Below, piece by piece: positions 8,918 through 19,290 of a stretch of 29,341 nt of DNA. Numbering within the stretch: the first letter of the stretch is position 1; each line of letters opens with the position of its first letter. Source of the DNA: Synechococcus sp. Lineage in GTDB: Bacteria > Cyanobacteriota > Cyanobacteriia > Thermostichales > PCC-7336. The DNA is taken from assembly GCA_051439425.1 (NCBI GenBank), contig JBFRWD010000084.1, positions 1-29,341 of the forward strand, in the 5' to 3' direction. Made by a program: the position numbers and the translations under genes. The notes under the pieces are model-generated. The model had not been told where the DNA came from, made no database searches, and was given only the letters and a program-made list of their open reading frames with translations.

Positions 8918-10711
8918 GTGGCAACAGGTGGATACGCACTGGTCGATAGTCTGCGCCGCCAGGGAGTGAAGCACATCTTTGGGTATCCCGGCGGCGCTAT
9001 TTTGCCGGTATACGACGAACTTTACTTGGCAGAAGAGAACGGCGGGATACAACATTTCTTGGTGCGCCACGAGCAAGCAGCCAGCCACGCTGCCGACGGT
9101 TATGCCAGAGCCACGGGTGAAGTGGGTGTTTGCTTTGCGACCTCAGGCCCCGGCGCCACCAACTTAGTTACGGGATTGGCCACCGCGTTCATGGACTCCA
9201 TCCCGATGGTGGCCATTACCGGTCAGGTGCCCCGAGCGGCGATCGGTACCGACGCGTTCCAAGAAACCGATACCTTCGGCATTTCGCTACCTACCGTCAA
9301 GCATTCTTACGTTATACGCGACACCAACGAAATTTCCCGCATAGTCGCCGAAGCCTTTCACATCGCCCAAACGGGTCGTCCTGGCCCTGTGCTGATCGAC
9401 GTTCCCAAAGATGTTGGCCTGGAAGAAATCGACTATACTCCCGTGTCTTCCGTCCGCCTCCCCGGTTACAAGCCCACCGTTCGGGGCAACCCGCGCCAAA
9501 TTCATGCCGCAGCCAAAGCCATGCTGGCGGCTAAACAGCCATTACTCTACGTCGGTGGTGGCGCCATTACCTCTGGTGCCCATGCCGAACTGCAACAACT
9601 GGCCGAGATGTTGCACATTCCGGTAACTACCACCTTGATGGGTAAAGGGGCGTTTGATGAAAATAATGCCCTCTCCGTTGGCATGTTGGGCATGCACGGC
9701 ACTGCCTATGCCAACTATGCCGTAACCGAATGCGACCTGCTGATTGCTGTTGGTGCCCGCTTTGACGATCGCGTCACTGGCAAATTAGATGAATTTGCCG
9801 CCCGCGCCCACGTCGTTCACATCGATATTGACCCCGCCGAGGTGGGTAAGAACCGTGGCCCCGACGTGCCAATCGTGGGTGATGTGCGCACCGTCCTGCA
9901 GGATCTGCTGGCTCAGTTAGGCAAGATGACGGTCAACCCCAGTCTCACCCAGCCGTGGCTCGATCGCATTAACCGGTGGAAAATCGACTATCCGTTGGTC
10001 GTTCCTACGTATGACGGCATGCTATCCCCTCAGCAGGTGATTGACGCCTTCCGTCGCCACGCCCCAACCGCTTACTACACCACCGATGTAGGTCAGCACC
10101 AAATGTGGGCCGCTCAGTTTTTACGTAACGGTCCGCGTCAGTGGATCTCCAGTGCGGGCCTGGGCACGATGGGCTACGGATTCCCGGCAGCAATGGGGGT
10201 CAAGGTCGCCTTTCCACAAGAGGAAGTCATTTGCATCAGCGGTGATGCCAGCTTCCAAATGAATCTGCAGGAAATAGCTACTGTTGCTCAATACGGAATT
10301 GGCACGAAGGTTGCCATCATTAACAACCAATGGCAGGGGATGGTGCGCCAATGGCAGCAAAACTTCTACGGCCAGCGCTACTCCCACTCCAATATGTCTT
10401 CAGGAATGCCCGATTTCGTCAAATTGGCGGAAGCGTTTAGTGTCAAAGGCATCATGGCCGACCATCCCGATCAGCTTGACGACGCCATTCAGGCAATCTT
10501 GAAAGAGGATGGCCCCGTCGTAGCGGACTTCCGCGTTCGTCGCGACGAAGATTGCTATCCCATGGTTGCGCCTGGCAAGTCAAATGCTGTCATGCTGGGC
10601 ATCCCCGATCGCAAGCTGGAGCTGGCATCCGAGCTGATTTACTGCCCAAACTGCAACTCCAAAAACCCCGCCTCCTACAACTTCTGCGCCGATTGCGGAG
10701 CCAAGCTATAA
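8918..10711 (+). CDS. ilvB: Acetolactate synthase large (catalytic) subunit with C-terminal zinc ribbon
   Basis: [30 protein letters not shown] and GDASFQMN ThDP-binding motif; tail CPNC..CADC. Confidence 0.97.
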   Translation: MATGGYALVDSLRRQGVKHIFGYPGGAILPVYDELYLAEENGGIQHFLVRHEQAASHAADGYARATGEVGVCFATSGPGATNLVTGLATAFMDSIPMVAITGQVPRAAIGTDAFQETDTFGISLPTVKHSYVIRDTNEISRIVAEAFHIAQTGRPGPVLIDVPKDVGLEEIDYTPVSSVRLPGYKPTVRGNPRQIHAAAKAMLAAKQPLLYVGGGAITSGAHAELQQLAEMLHIPVTTTLMGKGAFDENNALSVGMLGMHGTAYANYAVTECDLLIAVGARFDDRVTGKLDEFAARAHVVHIDIDPAEVGKNRGPDVPIVGDVRTVLQDLLAQLGKMTVNPSLTQPWLDRINRWKIDYPLVVPTYDGMLSPQQVIDAFRRHAPTAYYTTDVGQHQMWAAQFLRNGPRQWISSAGLGTMGYGFPAAMGVKVAFPQEEVICISGDASFQMNLQEIATVAQYGIGTKVAIINNQWQGMVRQWQQNFYGQRYSHSNMSSGMPDFVKLAEAFSVKGIMADHPDQLDDAIQAILKEDGPVVADFRVRRDEDCYPMVAPGKSNAVMLGIPDRKLELASELIYCPNCNSKNPASYNFCADCGAKL

Positions 10712-10740
10712 AGCGCCTTACTCACGCTTAAGTTGCCACC

Positions 10741-11052
10741 TTAGCCAGCCGCCTGTTGTAAGAGCGGGTCTAAGTTCTTACTGCGATTGAGAGCATACAG
10801 GTCATCGCAGCCACCAATGTGGTTGTCATTGATGAAGATCTGGGGAACGGTTCTACGACCATTGGCACGTTCAGCCATTGCCGTCCGTGCGTCCTCATCT
10901 CCATCAATCTTGTATTCCGTAAACTCTACTCCTTTCATCCACAGTAATAGCTTGGCTCGAATGCAGTAAGGGCAGGTTTGCCAGGTGTAGATTTCGACTG
11001 TTGCATTGACATTGTCGAGGGCTTTACCCAACAGTTTTTGAATGGCTGACAT
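10741..11052 (-). CDS. grxC: Glutaredoxin 3
   Basis: CPYC active site, TVPQIFI, IGGCDDLY. Start is ATG 11052 or 11058. Confidence 0.93.
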   Translation of the reverse strand: MSAIQKLLGKALDNVNATVEIYTWQTCPYCIRAKLLLWMKGVEFTEYKIDGDEDARTAMAERANGRRTVPQIFINDNHIGGCDDLYALNRSKNLDPLLQQAAG

Positions 11053-11253
11053 AAGCATTAGAACAGTTGCGAGTTTTCTCACTAGGTCGAGGGTTTGAGC
11101 TGCCCTCGCACCCCAGACCTTACAGCAGATTGCCATACATGAGTTGGAGACCGGAAATCCGCACTACCTCGAACCTTGGCATACCACCTCAAAGACGCAC
11201 AACTAAGGCGGCACAGCATTATGCTGGATACAGCCTAAAAGGAGAGGGTGTCG

Positions 11254-13098
11254 ATGGTTTTCGACTGGTTCCGCCGCAAGAAAAAGATAGATTCCGAGCA
11301 ATCGCCGGAGAAAACGCGCGGGGAACAGCCATCGCCCGAGAAATCTGCATCCTCCGAAAAACCTTCTTCCCCTGAGAAATCTACTGCAGCCCCCTCGCCA
11401 GCAGCGACTTCGGCCAATCAGGACGACTACTTAGCATTTGCAAAGGCGGCGTACGCCAATCTGAAAGCTCAGCAAGCAACAGCCGCTCCAGCTGCTCCAG
11501 CAACTGAGGTATCCGAAGACAAAGCCACTTCCCCTGAACCGGCTACGGTTACTCCTGCGCTCCCCGTACTTCCCGACACCCCCACTCCCTCCGAATCTTC
11601 AGTTTCAGCTCCATCTGCTACACAACCTGAGATTACTGAGCCCGAAAGTTCCGAGCCTGAAGTAGCGGAAACGGAGACTGTAGAGATCGAAACTGAGGGA
11701 GAGATTGAGTCAGAAGGGGAGATCGAATCTGATGATGCTGCAGCAATTGAGACGATCGAGCCAGAAGCTGTTGCAGTTGAAGTCCAGCAAGCAGCTTTTC
11801 AAGCCGAACCTGCAGCCCCTCCCAAACTAACACCAGAGACAACTCCACCCACTCCCGTTGCCGATCGCGAACCGATCGCATCTACACCAGAAGAACCCAC
11901 CACGGCCCAACTAGAAAATCTAGCCGCAGCAGCTACTGCTCCTGCAGAGCCAGAAGCCCCCAAAGCATTTTTCGAACTGGCTCCCAAGGCATCCGAGCGT
12001 TTGGAAGCATTAGAAGCTGATGCGATCGATGAACCTGCCCCCGAAGAGGAACTGCAGGGGTCTACCGCTGCTTTAGATGAAGCAGCCCGCACCTTCGTTC
12101 CTGACTTTGACGATGGCTTTGTGTGGTCGACAGAAGTGCTGGCCGCTCAAGGACGACGAGTGGACGAGATTACCGTCGAGGAAATCACCTGGTTGCAAAA
12201 ATTGCGGCGCGGGTTGGGCAAAACTCGCCTGTCGCTAATTAACCAGTTGAAATCATTGGTGGGCAAAGGCCCGATTAATGACGAAGCGGTTGAGGAAATT
12301 GAGGCATTGTTGCTGCAAGCAGACGTAGGGATTGCCGCCACCGATCAGATTGTAGAAGCCTTGCAAAATCGCATGCGGGACGAGGTGTTGCCCCCCGATG
12401 AGGCCGTGGCTTATTTGAAGCAACTTCTGCGAGAGATTTTGTCGGTTGGAGAGCCCGATTTTGCCCCACGAGAAGAGAACCTCAACATTTGGTTGATGGT
12501 AGGGGTCAATGGTGCCGGTAAAACCACCACCTTAGGGAAGCTAGCTCACCTTGCGAACAAGTCGGGGTACAAGGTTTTGGTAGCGGCCGGCGATACGTTC
12601 CGGGCGGCGGCTGTGGAACAGGTGCAGGTGTGGGGCGATCGCGCTGGTGTTGAAGTAATTGCAAACCAAGGCCAAAACACCGACCCTGCTGCCGTTGTGT
12701 TTGATGCGATCGCTGCCGCCCAATCTCGCGAAAGCGAGCTGCTGTTGGTTGACACCGCCGGACGGCTGCAGAACAAGAAAAATCTGATGGACGAGCTGTC
12801 TAAAATTCGTCGCATTGTGGACAAAAAAGCTCCCGATGCCAAGGTTGAATCTTTACTAGTGCTGGATGCCACCTTGGGGCAAAATGGCTTGCGTCAGGCT
12901 CAGGTATTTGCCGAAGCTGCCAATCTCAGCGGTGTGGTGCTGACTAAGCTAGACGGTACGGCAAAGGGTGGCGTGGCGCTGGCTGTGGCCAAAGAAATGG
13001 GATTACCCATTCGATTCATCGGGGTGGGTGAAGGATTAGAAGATTTGCGTCCATTCTCCAGCTACGAGTTCGTGGAAGCGTTGGTGAGTGAGTATTAG
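11254..13098 (+). CDS. ftsY: Signal recognition particle receptor FtsY with long acidic A-domain
   Basis: GVNGAGKTTT, DTFRAAA, DTAGR, TKLDGTAKGG and GVGEGLEDL motifs; MVFDWFRR N-terminus. Confidence 0.97.
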   Translation: MVFDWFRRKKKIDSEQSPEKTRGEQPSPEKSASSEKPSSPEKSTAAPSPAATSANQDDYLAFAKAAYANLKAQQATAAPAAPATEVSEDKATSPEPATVTPALPVLPDTPTPSESSVSAPSATQPEITEPESSEPEVAETETVEIETEGEIESEGEIESDDAAAIETIEPEAVAVEVQQAAFQAEPAAPPKLTPETTPPTPVADREPIASTPEEPTTAQLENLAAAATAPAEPEAPKAFFELAPKASERLEALEADAIDEPAPEEELQGSTAALDEAARTFVPDFDDGFVWSTEVLAAQGRRVDEITVEEITWLQKLRRGLGKTRLSLINQLKSLVGKGPINDEAVEEIEALLLQADVGIAATDQIVEALQNRMRDEVLPPDEAVAYLKQLLREILSVGEPDFAPREENLNIWLMVGVNGAGKTTTLGKLAHLANKSGYKVLVAAGDTFRAAAVEQVQVWGDRAGVEVIANQGQNTDPAAVVFDAIAAAQSRESELLLVDTAGRLQNKKNLMDELSKIRRIVDKKAPDAKVESLLVLDATLGQNGLRQAQVFAEAANLSGVVLTKLDGTAKGGVALAVAKEMGLPIRFIGVGEGLEDLRPFSSYEFVEALVSEY

Positions 13099-13133
13099 TT
13101 GCTTGCTCTCACGGCTGACCTCGCATAACCAGC

Positions 13134-13550
13134 ATGTTTAAATCGCGTCGCATCAATACATCGTCTGATTGGCTCGATTCTGATGGGGTCAAGTTGTACA
13201 CGGTTTCGGCCACTGGTGATAACGTTGTCCAGCCTCCGTACCTGGCCCAGCTGCAGCGGGTTAAGTCTGACAAGAGGATTGGCTGGCAACACACCGCTTC
13301 ATTTGCAATCTTTCATGACGGGGCAAATGCCCAGTACCTTGTCCTGGCCTGGTGGGGGAACGAGAACGAGCTTTTTACATCTGTCTCCGTACGCGAGCCA
13401 TGGGGTTGGGCCGTAGATTCTGATAAGTATTCATTCTGCCTTTGGGATTTAGAAATCCTGTGGGCCGAGAGAAACATCTACATCGAGACCATGTACAGCG
13501 GCAATCCCGATTTAGATGCTGATCGGCAGCGGCGATTGAACGCGCGATAA
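13134..13550 (+). CDS. Hypothetical protein (138 aa)
   Basis: Clean ATG ORF filling the ftsY-rnd gap, globular composition, aromatic motifs LAWWGNENEL and FCLWDLEILWAER. Confidence 0.7.
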   Translation: MFKSRRINTSSDWLDSDGVKLYTVSATGDNVVQPPYLAQLQRVKSDKRIGWQHTASFAIFHDGANAQYLVLAWWGNENELFTSVSVREPWGWAVDSDKYSFCLWDLEILWAERNIYIETMYSGNPDLDADRQRRLNAR

Positions 13551-13637
13551 CCGAAATATGGTGATGAATCTCAACCATGTTTGGTCGGGCTTTAGACGAT
13601 ACTCTAGCTGCAGTGGCACAACAATAGGAGCGCTCTG

Positions 13638-14270
13638 GTGGGCTTACCTGACTTTCAGATTTGCGATAACGATATTTCTGTTGAGGTTTTGGATGCTTAC
13701 TTGCAGGAGCCTCTACTGTCAGTAGACACCGAAGCTATGGGACTGATTCCCCAGCGCGATCGCCTCTGCACCGTGCAAATGTGCGACTCTGGCGGTCACA
13801 TTGTTGTATTGCGCTTAGAGCGCGGTGTCACGTCTGCCCCCAATCTCAAGCAGTTGATGGAGGCCCCCTCAGTAGAAAAGCTATTTCACTTCGCCCGCTT
13901 TGACGTCACGGCCCTCAAATACCATCTGAGCATCAACACTCAGCCGGTGTTCTGCACCAAAATTGCCAGCAAACTGGCCCGCACCTACACCGATCGCCAC
14001 GGCCTCAAGGATTTGGTTCGCGAGCTGTGTGGAGTCGAACTGGATAAGTTTTCTCAGTGTTCGGATTGGGGAGCTGTTCACGAGCTAACCGACGATCAAC
14101 TCAAATATGCCGCCAACGACGTACGCTATCTGATTCCGGCACGCGATCGCTTGATTCACATGCTGAAGCGGGAAGAGCGATGGGAACTAGCACAGCGCTG
14201 CTTTACCCATATTCCGACTCGTGTCGAGCTAGATATTTTGGGATATGGAAATATCTTTAACCATCATTAG
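13638..14270 (+). CDS. rnd: Ribonuclease D-like 3'-5' exonuclease (DEDDy)
   Basis: ExoI VDTEAMGL, ExoII FHFARFD, ExoIII YAANDV; AGGAG RBS before GTG. Confidence 0.9.
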   Translation: MGLPDFQICDNDISVEVLDAYLQEPLLSVDTEAMGLIPQRDRLCTVQMCDSGGHIVVLRLERGVTSAPNLKQLMEAPSVEKLFHFARFDVTALKYHLSINTQPVFCTKIASKLARTYTDRHGLKDLVRELCGVELDKFSQCSDWGAVHELTDDQLKYAANDVRYLIPARDRLIHMLKREERWELAQRCFTHIPTRVELDILGYGNIFNHH

Positions 14271-14569
14271 TCCAAGGTGCGCAGCTTTTTGGGATTTTTG
14301 GTAGACACGTCATTTATAGTATTTGCCATTTCAGTTAGGACAGAGGTTCCGATCGCAGTCAGGTCTAAACATAGCTGATATGTCCGCAGTGGTATGTCCA
14401 CTGCCACATCTGTCAAGCAATTATCAACATAGATTGCGCTTTCAGCTCTATTCGAACAATTCCTAACAATTCGGCAATCCGTCAATTACGGTTCGCAAAT
14501 TTCGACTTAGAAAAAACGGCAATTTCATATTATAGACATAGAGATCAATAGTGTTTCGCGGAGGTACGC

Positions 14570-15016
14570 ATGGCACTTGTACGTTGGCAACCATTCCGGG
14601 AAATGTCCAGTCTGCAGCGAGATATGAATCGCTGGTTTGACGATATGTTTTCATCCGTTGCTCCCCTCGACAGAATGGGCGCGATGTTTGCTCCATCGGC
14701 AGAACTTGATGAAACTGACACGACCTACATTCTGAAGCTTGAAGTTCCCGGTATCGATCCAAAAGATATCGACATTGATGTCACTTCAGATGCTGTATCC
14801 GTTAGTGGCGAGCGTAAGTCGGAAAGCAAGACCGATGAAAACGGTATGACTCGTACCGAGTTTCACTACGGCCAGTTTCGTAGAGTTATTCCGTTGCCTG
14901 GAGAGATCGACAATCATTCTGTCTCTGCAGATTATCAAGACGGCATTTTGAGGTTGACGTTGCCGAAGGTTGAGCTGGAAGACGAGAAAACATCGGTTAA
15001 AGTTTCCGTCCACTAA
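14570..15016 (+). CDS. hspA: Small heat-shock protein Hsp20 / alpha-crystallin
   Basis: MALVRWQPFRE start, EFHYGQFRRVIPLP, ADYQDGILRLTLPK, C-terminal VKV motif; GGAGG RBS. Confidence 0.93.
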   Translation: MALVRWQPFREMSSLQRDMNRWFDDMFSSVAPLDRMGAMFAPSAELDETDTTYILKLEVPGIDPKDIDIDVTSDAVSVSGERKSESKTDENGMTRTEFHYGQFRRVIPLPGEIDNHSVSADYQDGILRLTLPKVELEDEKTSVKVSVH

Positions 15017-15271
15017 CTCAGCGGTTCGAACGTCTACAATCGCTCGCAATCCTTCTCATAGGAATAGACCTAGAAGAGGGAGCGAACGCTGGAAAAACTC
15101 TGTTCAAGCCTAAAAACAAACCTAGCGAGCTTGCTGAAAATGGCAGAGGTGATTGGCCTGTAGCCAATGTCTCTCCTCTCGGCAGGCTCTCTTGGTATGA
15201 AGCTACTGTCAAATATAAAACTGGGGATTGGTTCGACCGGCATAAGTGGGCGAACATTACCCACACACTTG

Positions 15272-15616
15272 CTAGGGTTCATCTGTCCAATAGCGGCGAT
15301 CGTTGTGTTCTTTATATGCCAACAATCGCAGACTAAATTCAGTGACGACGATCGCCAGCATTGTCAAACTAGCTCCTAACAGCCCAACAACATTAAACGT
15401 CTTCCCCAATTCAATACAATCCCATCCCTCACAGTTCAGCATCATGTCCGGCATGACACTGAGATACATCAAAGACGAAATGAAGACAAATAAGCTGGCG
15501 ATCGCAGCCAAGACAAACTGCAAGAACGTCGTCTGACGTTGGATAGCAAGACCGGTCAGCAATCCAACAACCAAACCAGCAATGACGGGGAAGTGAAGTA
15601 GTAGAGCAGGCAGCAT
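15272..15616 (-). CDS. Hypothetical membrane protein (about 3 TM helices)
   Basis: Three hydrophobic stretches with a CEGWDC loop; ATG preceded by a plausible spacer. Confidence 0.6.
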   Translation of the reverse strand: MLPALLLHFPVIAGLVVGLLTGLAIQRQTTFLQFVLAAIASLFVFISSLMYLSVMPDMMLNCEGWDCIELGKTFNVVGLLGASLTMLAIVVTEFSLRLLAYKEHNDRRYWTDEP

Positions 15617-15774
15617 GTAAGGCTGAGGTGCACTGAGCCAGTTATAACAGCCGAGCCATCATCGGCAACAGCATTCTCCTCCAACGGCATAAGGGACTGA
15701 TATGCATCAACAAATGTCGGTCATCAAATGCCAGTCATCGCCACAGTCAGTACACAGATTGAAAGCCTAATTGT

Positions 15775-15879
15775 TATAGCAATTCGCTGTAAGGTCTGGA
15801 GGGTTGAGACCGCGAACATACTTGATTTTCAAGGAAAAGTAGTCAGGGACGTCTCCATAGCGGATTGCCGACCGTTATA
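15775..15879 (+). repeat. ~105-bp MITE-like repeat, copy C
   Basis: TATAGCAATTCGCTGTAAGGTCTG...TCTCCATAGCGGATTGCCGACCGTTATA is colinear with copy B. Confidence 0.85.
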
Positions 15880-16193
15880 GACAGATTCAATTGGTGCCAT
15901 TCAACAATTGGAGGTTAAACGCCCAGCCTTTTCCAGATCGGTAGAAAATGCTTACCAGGACAGAGTAATTCTGTTTTTACTTGTCTGTCCTTATATTTTT
16001 GTGTAGCTCTGGCCGCTAGTTTTAGATATAGTCAATTTCACTGGAATCTCGCTTTGCCAGAAGTGCTAGACCAACGCTTGTGGCTCAGATGGATTCCAAG
16101 GCCCCTTGCTCTCCAAACGGGGGAGATGTTTCACATCAAGCTCTGTCCATCCCTCACCTGCTTCTGCACAAACCAGCTACGAGGATTCAGTTG

Positions 16194-19100
16194 ATGCCAC
16201 GGACTATTCAGAGCGTCACGGGAGTGGCAGGTCAGCGATCCACCGCCACTTTATTTAGCTTCGTGTTGGCATCATCCGTCGCCTGTTTGAGCATCTTGCT
16301 AATCCCCTCTGCGATCGCTCAAGCAGACGGTATTGAGGAACCGGGTCAGTCACATCAGCACCAACAGCTTGCGGATGCGCATGCTGAAGACGCTTCCCCA
16401 AATGACGAGCCAGAAAACGTACAAGTCAATATCGAATCGTTGCACTTGGGGCCTCAATTTCGGGTTGGAGCCAATACCGAGGCTGGCGGGATTCCGGCAT
16501 CTCTGACGGCATTCGATGGATTTTTCCCATTGCTGCAGTCCCCCGGCCATCGGGTGACCTTTCTCAATACGCGCCTCAATATCGACTTCGATGCAGACAA
16601 CTCCCTCGGTGGGACCGTCTTATTTGGCCATCGCAGCTATAGCAGCGAGCGGGAGCGGATTTTAGGAGGATATGTATCGCTGGATGTACGAGACACCGGC
16701 GATAGCGTATTTCCACAGGTCGGATTCGGATTCGAGCGCTTGGGCGATCGCTGGGACCTTCGAGCCAATGGTTACGTTCCTGTTGGCGATACGCGCAATA
16801 GAATCGACCGCGATGTATTTACGTCGTCTACGAGCACTTCCGAAATCGGAGACACTGCATTTCGAGGAAACCAACTTTCCGCCACGGTTACAACAACATC
16901 AACCACCACACGGTTACAGCGCGATCGCCTGGAGGCAGCTCTGGGGGGCTTCGATCTGGAAGCCGGTACGCGCTTGGCGCGATGGAACGATCGTGGAGAA
17001 CTGCGTTTTTATGGGGGAATGTATTACCTGGGTGGCCACGACGTTAGTGCGATTGGCGGCAGGGGACGGGTCGAGATTATCCCAGTGAAATCCGTTCGCT
17101 TGATGGCTGGAATCCAAGGGGATCCGGTGTTCGACCTACAAGGATTCTTCGGGGCTACCTTTTTGTTCCCCACCCCTGAAGTTTTGAAAGACGATATCGA
17201 TCCTGACGAACGGGCTGACGCGATCGCAGCAGTCGGTGAAACCGTCACCCGCCTAGCCGATCCGGTGGCCCGCAATTTCAATGTGATAGTTGATGAGCAG
17301 ACTGAAACAGAGACCTCTACAACCGTAACCACAACCAGCGAGGAAGTACCGTACATCAATCCCGAGACAGGAGATCCTTGGCGGTTTACTCATGTGGCCC
17401 TCGGTGGCAACAGCGACGGAACCTTTGAAGATCCCTTCGCTCTACTTCAAGACGGCTTGGATGCAACGGTGGGGGATGGCAATGACATTGTTTACGTGGC
17501 TTTAGCGGACGATACAGCTGTCGATCCGTTTATGATTCCGGACAACGTCCAGGTGCTATCGACGGGGCCAGAACAAGAGCTTGACGCTACCCTAGCGGGA
17601 ACGTCGATGACTAGCGTGGTGTTGCCCGGAAGCAACGACGGAAATTTCCCTGAGGTGACAGATACAGTCACAATTGGCAGCAATACCAAGCTCTCAGGTT
17701 TTGATATTGTCGGCGAAACCGGTTCAGCCATTATTCTGCCCAGTACAGCCACGGGTGAGATTGAAATTTCGGATAATCGGCTGACGAGTCCCGTATCGGA
17801 TGGGATCGAAATTGAAGAGATTTTTGAAGATACTAACCTACTGATTGCTCGCAATACGATCGATGGTGTCGCCGATAGTGCAATTGATTTCGATGATATA
17901 GACAGCGGTTCTGTAGCGATCGAGATTACGGATAATCGCCTATCAAATGCCGATGATGATGGTGTCGACCTGGATCTGATAAATGGTAACACCAATCTCG
18001 AACTCAACATTCTCGATAACACGATTAGGAATGTCGATCAAGGTATAGAAATCAATGGTTTTGTAGGGCAATCCGACACAACTGCCAGAATTGAATCCAA
18101 TGAGATTTCGAATTCTAGCGAAAATGGCATCGAGATTGAAAACATAGGCGAAGATTCAACGTCTAATATTGCAATCAACAATAATACTATTGAACTCACT
18201 GGAGAAAGTGGTATTGATTTTACTGCCATCGATGGTGATGCTGAGACAGAGATTGAAATTGCCCAAAATAATATTTCAGGCAGTGGTGACAATGGCATCT
18301 CATTCGGAGTTCCCATTGAAGATGACACTCCAGATAGTATCTTTGACAATGCTTCAGCAGAGATCTCCATTAACAACAACACGATTACTGAAAATGGAAT
18401 CAATGGCATTTCGTTCAATTCAATTGCAGACTCGACTCAAGTTCAAATAACCATCGGAGATGGGAACACGATCTCAAACAACAGCGAAAACGGTATTGAA
18501 TTCAATGATTTCGAAGATTCTGCGAATGTCGAAATTGAGATTTTGGGTAATACCATTACTGACAATAATATTGCCGGCATCCAGTTTGATGACATTCAAG
18601 ATTTGGTGGTTGCCAACATCACCATCGATAACAACAGAATTTTGAGGCATGGCCGCCAGGGAATCAGATTTGATGAGATTGAAGATAATGCAAGCATCGA
18701 TTTGGTAGTTTCAGACAACACCATAATCGATACTGGAAGAGCTGGGATTGAAATCGATGAAATCCTAGAGACTACAACCGCCACGATCGATATCAGCGAC
18801 AACGAGATTGAGGATATTGGAGCAGACGGAATCAATCTTGATATTGAAGACACATCAACGGTCCAATTAACGCTCGCCAATAACAGCGTTCAATCTACGA
18901 ATAATGAAGGGATTGACATTGACAATGAATCCCCAAATACAACCGTCACAGCTACGGGGAATACACTCGGCAATAACAGTGATTCTGGCTTCGTCTTAGA
19001 TAATCAAGCTACTGGGGATGTCTGTCTGGTACTTGATGAGAATATTGGAACCAATATGTTCGCGATGACATTCGCGGATTTTGAGCTTGCGAATACGGGG

Positions 19101-19211
19101 ACAGATTTTAGAATCGTGGATTTGACCAATGTCACTACGAGAAACACAGGCTCGTTCATCCCAGTTGACATCACAATGAACCCCAATTTCACAAATGTGC
19201 CCGGTTGTTAA
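16194..19211 (+). CDS. Inverse-autotransporter-like outer-membrane protein with right-handed parallel beta-helix passenger
   Basis: Signal peptide ending AIAQA; barrel-like region (ILGGYVSLD, DLRANGYVPVG, GFDLEAG, LADPVARNFNVIVD); many ~30-aa I.I.NN.I....NGI.F repeats. Start chosen at ATG 16194. Confidence 0.78.
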   Translation: MPRTIQSVTGVAGQRSTATLFSFVLASSVACLSILLIPSAIAQADGIEEPGQSHQHQQLADAHAEDASPNDEPENVQVNIESLHLGPQFRVGANTEAGGIPASLTAFDGFFPLLQSPGHRVTFLNTRLNIDFDADNSLGGTVLFGHRSYSSERERILGGYVSLDVRDTGDSVFPQVGFGFERLGDRWDLRANGYVPVGDTRNRIDRDVFTSSTSTSEIGDTAFRGNQLSATVTTTSTTTRLQRDRLEAALGGFDLEAGTRLARWNDRGELRFYGGMYYLGGHDVSAIGGRGRVEIIPVKSVRLMAGIQGDPVFDLQGFFGATFLFPTPEVLKDDIDPDERADAIAAVGETVTRLADPVARNFNVIVDEQTETETSTTVTTTSEEVPYINPETGDPWRFTHVALGGNSDGTFEDPFALLQDGLDATVGDGNDIVYVALADDTAVDPFMIPDNVQVLSTGPEQELDATLAGTSMTSVVLPGSNDGNFPEVTDTVTIGSNTKLSGFDIVGETGSAIILPSTATGEIEISDNRLTSPVSDGIEIEEIFEDTNLLIARNTIDGVADSAIDFDDIDSGSVAIEITDNRLSNADDDGVDLDLINGNTNLELNILDNTIRNVDQGIEINGFVGQSDTTARIESNEISNSSENGIEIENIGEDSTSNIAINNNTIELTGESGIDFTAIDGDAETEIEIAQNNISGSGDNGISFGVPIEDDTPDSIFDNASAEISINNNTITENGINGISFNSIADSTQVQITIGDGNTISNNSENGIEFNDFEDSANVEIEILGNTITDNNIAGIQFDDIQDLVVANITIDNNRILRHGRQGIRFDEIEDNASIDLVVSDNTIIDTGRAGIEIDEILETTTATIDISDNEIEDIGADGINLDIEDTSTVQLTLANNSVQSTNNEGIDIDNESPNTTVTATGNTLGNNSDSGFVLDNQATGDVCLVLDENIGTNMFAMTFADFELANTGTDFRIVDLTNVTTRNTGSFIPVDITMNPNFTNVPGC

Positions 19212-19290
19212 AGGCTGGAGCTTCATCACGTTTACTCTGGCACAGAGCTAGTGATGATTTGCGATTGGTCTTCGGTATCACAGTGGAAAA

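Noticed and set aside
14271..14569. CIRCE or other operator upstream of hspA
   Set aside because: No TTAGCACTC-N9-GAGTGCTAA found by eye; no other site could be supported.
15018..15379. Short overlapping ORFs between hspA and the membrane gene
   Set aside because: Mutually overlapping, with no motifs or clear RBS; none can be supported.
17492..18880. Several Ser/Ile-rich minus-strand ORFs
   Set aside because: Antisense shadows of the beta-helix repeat gene.
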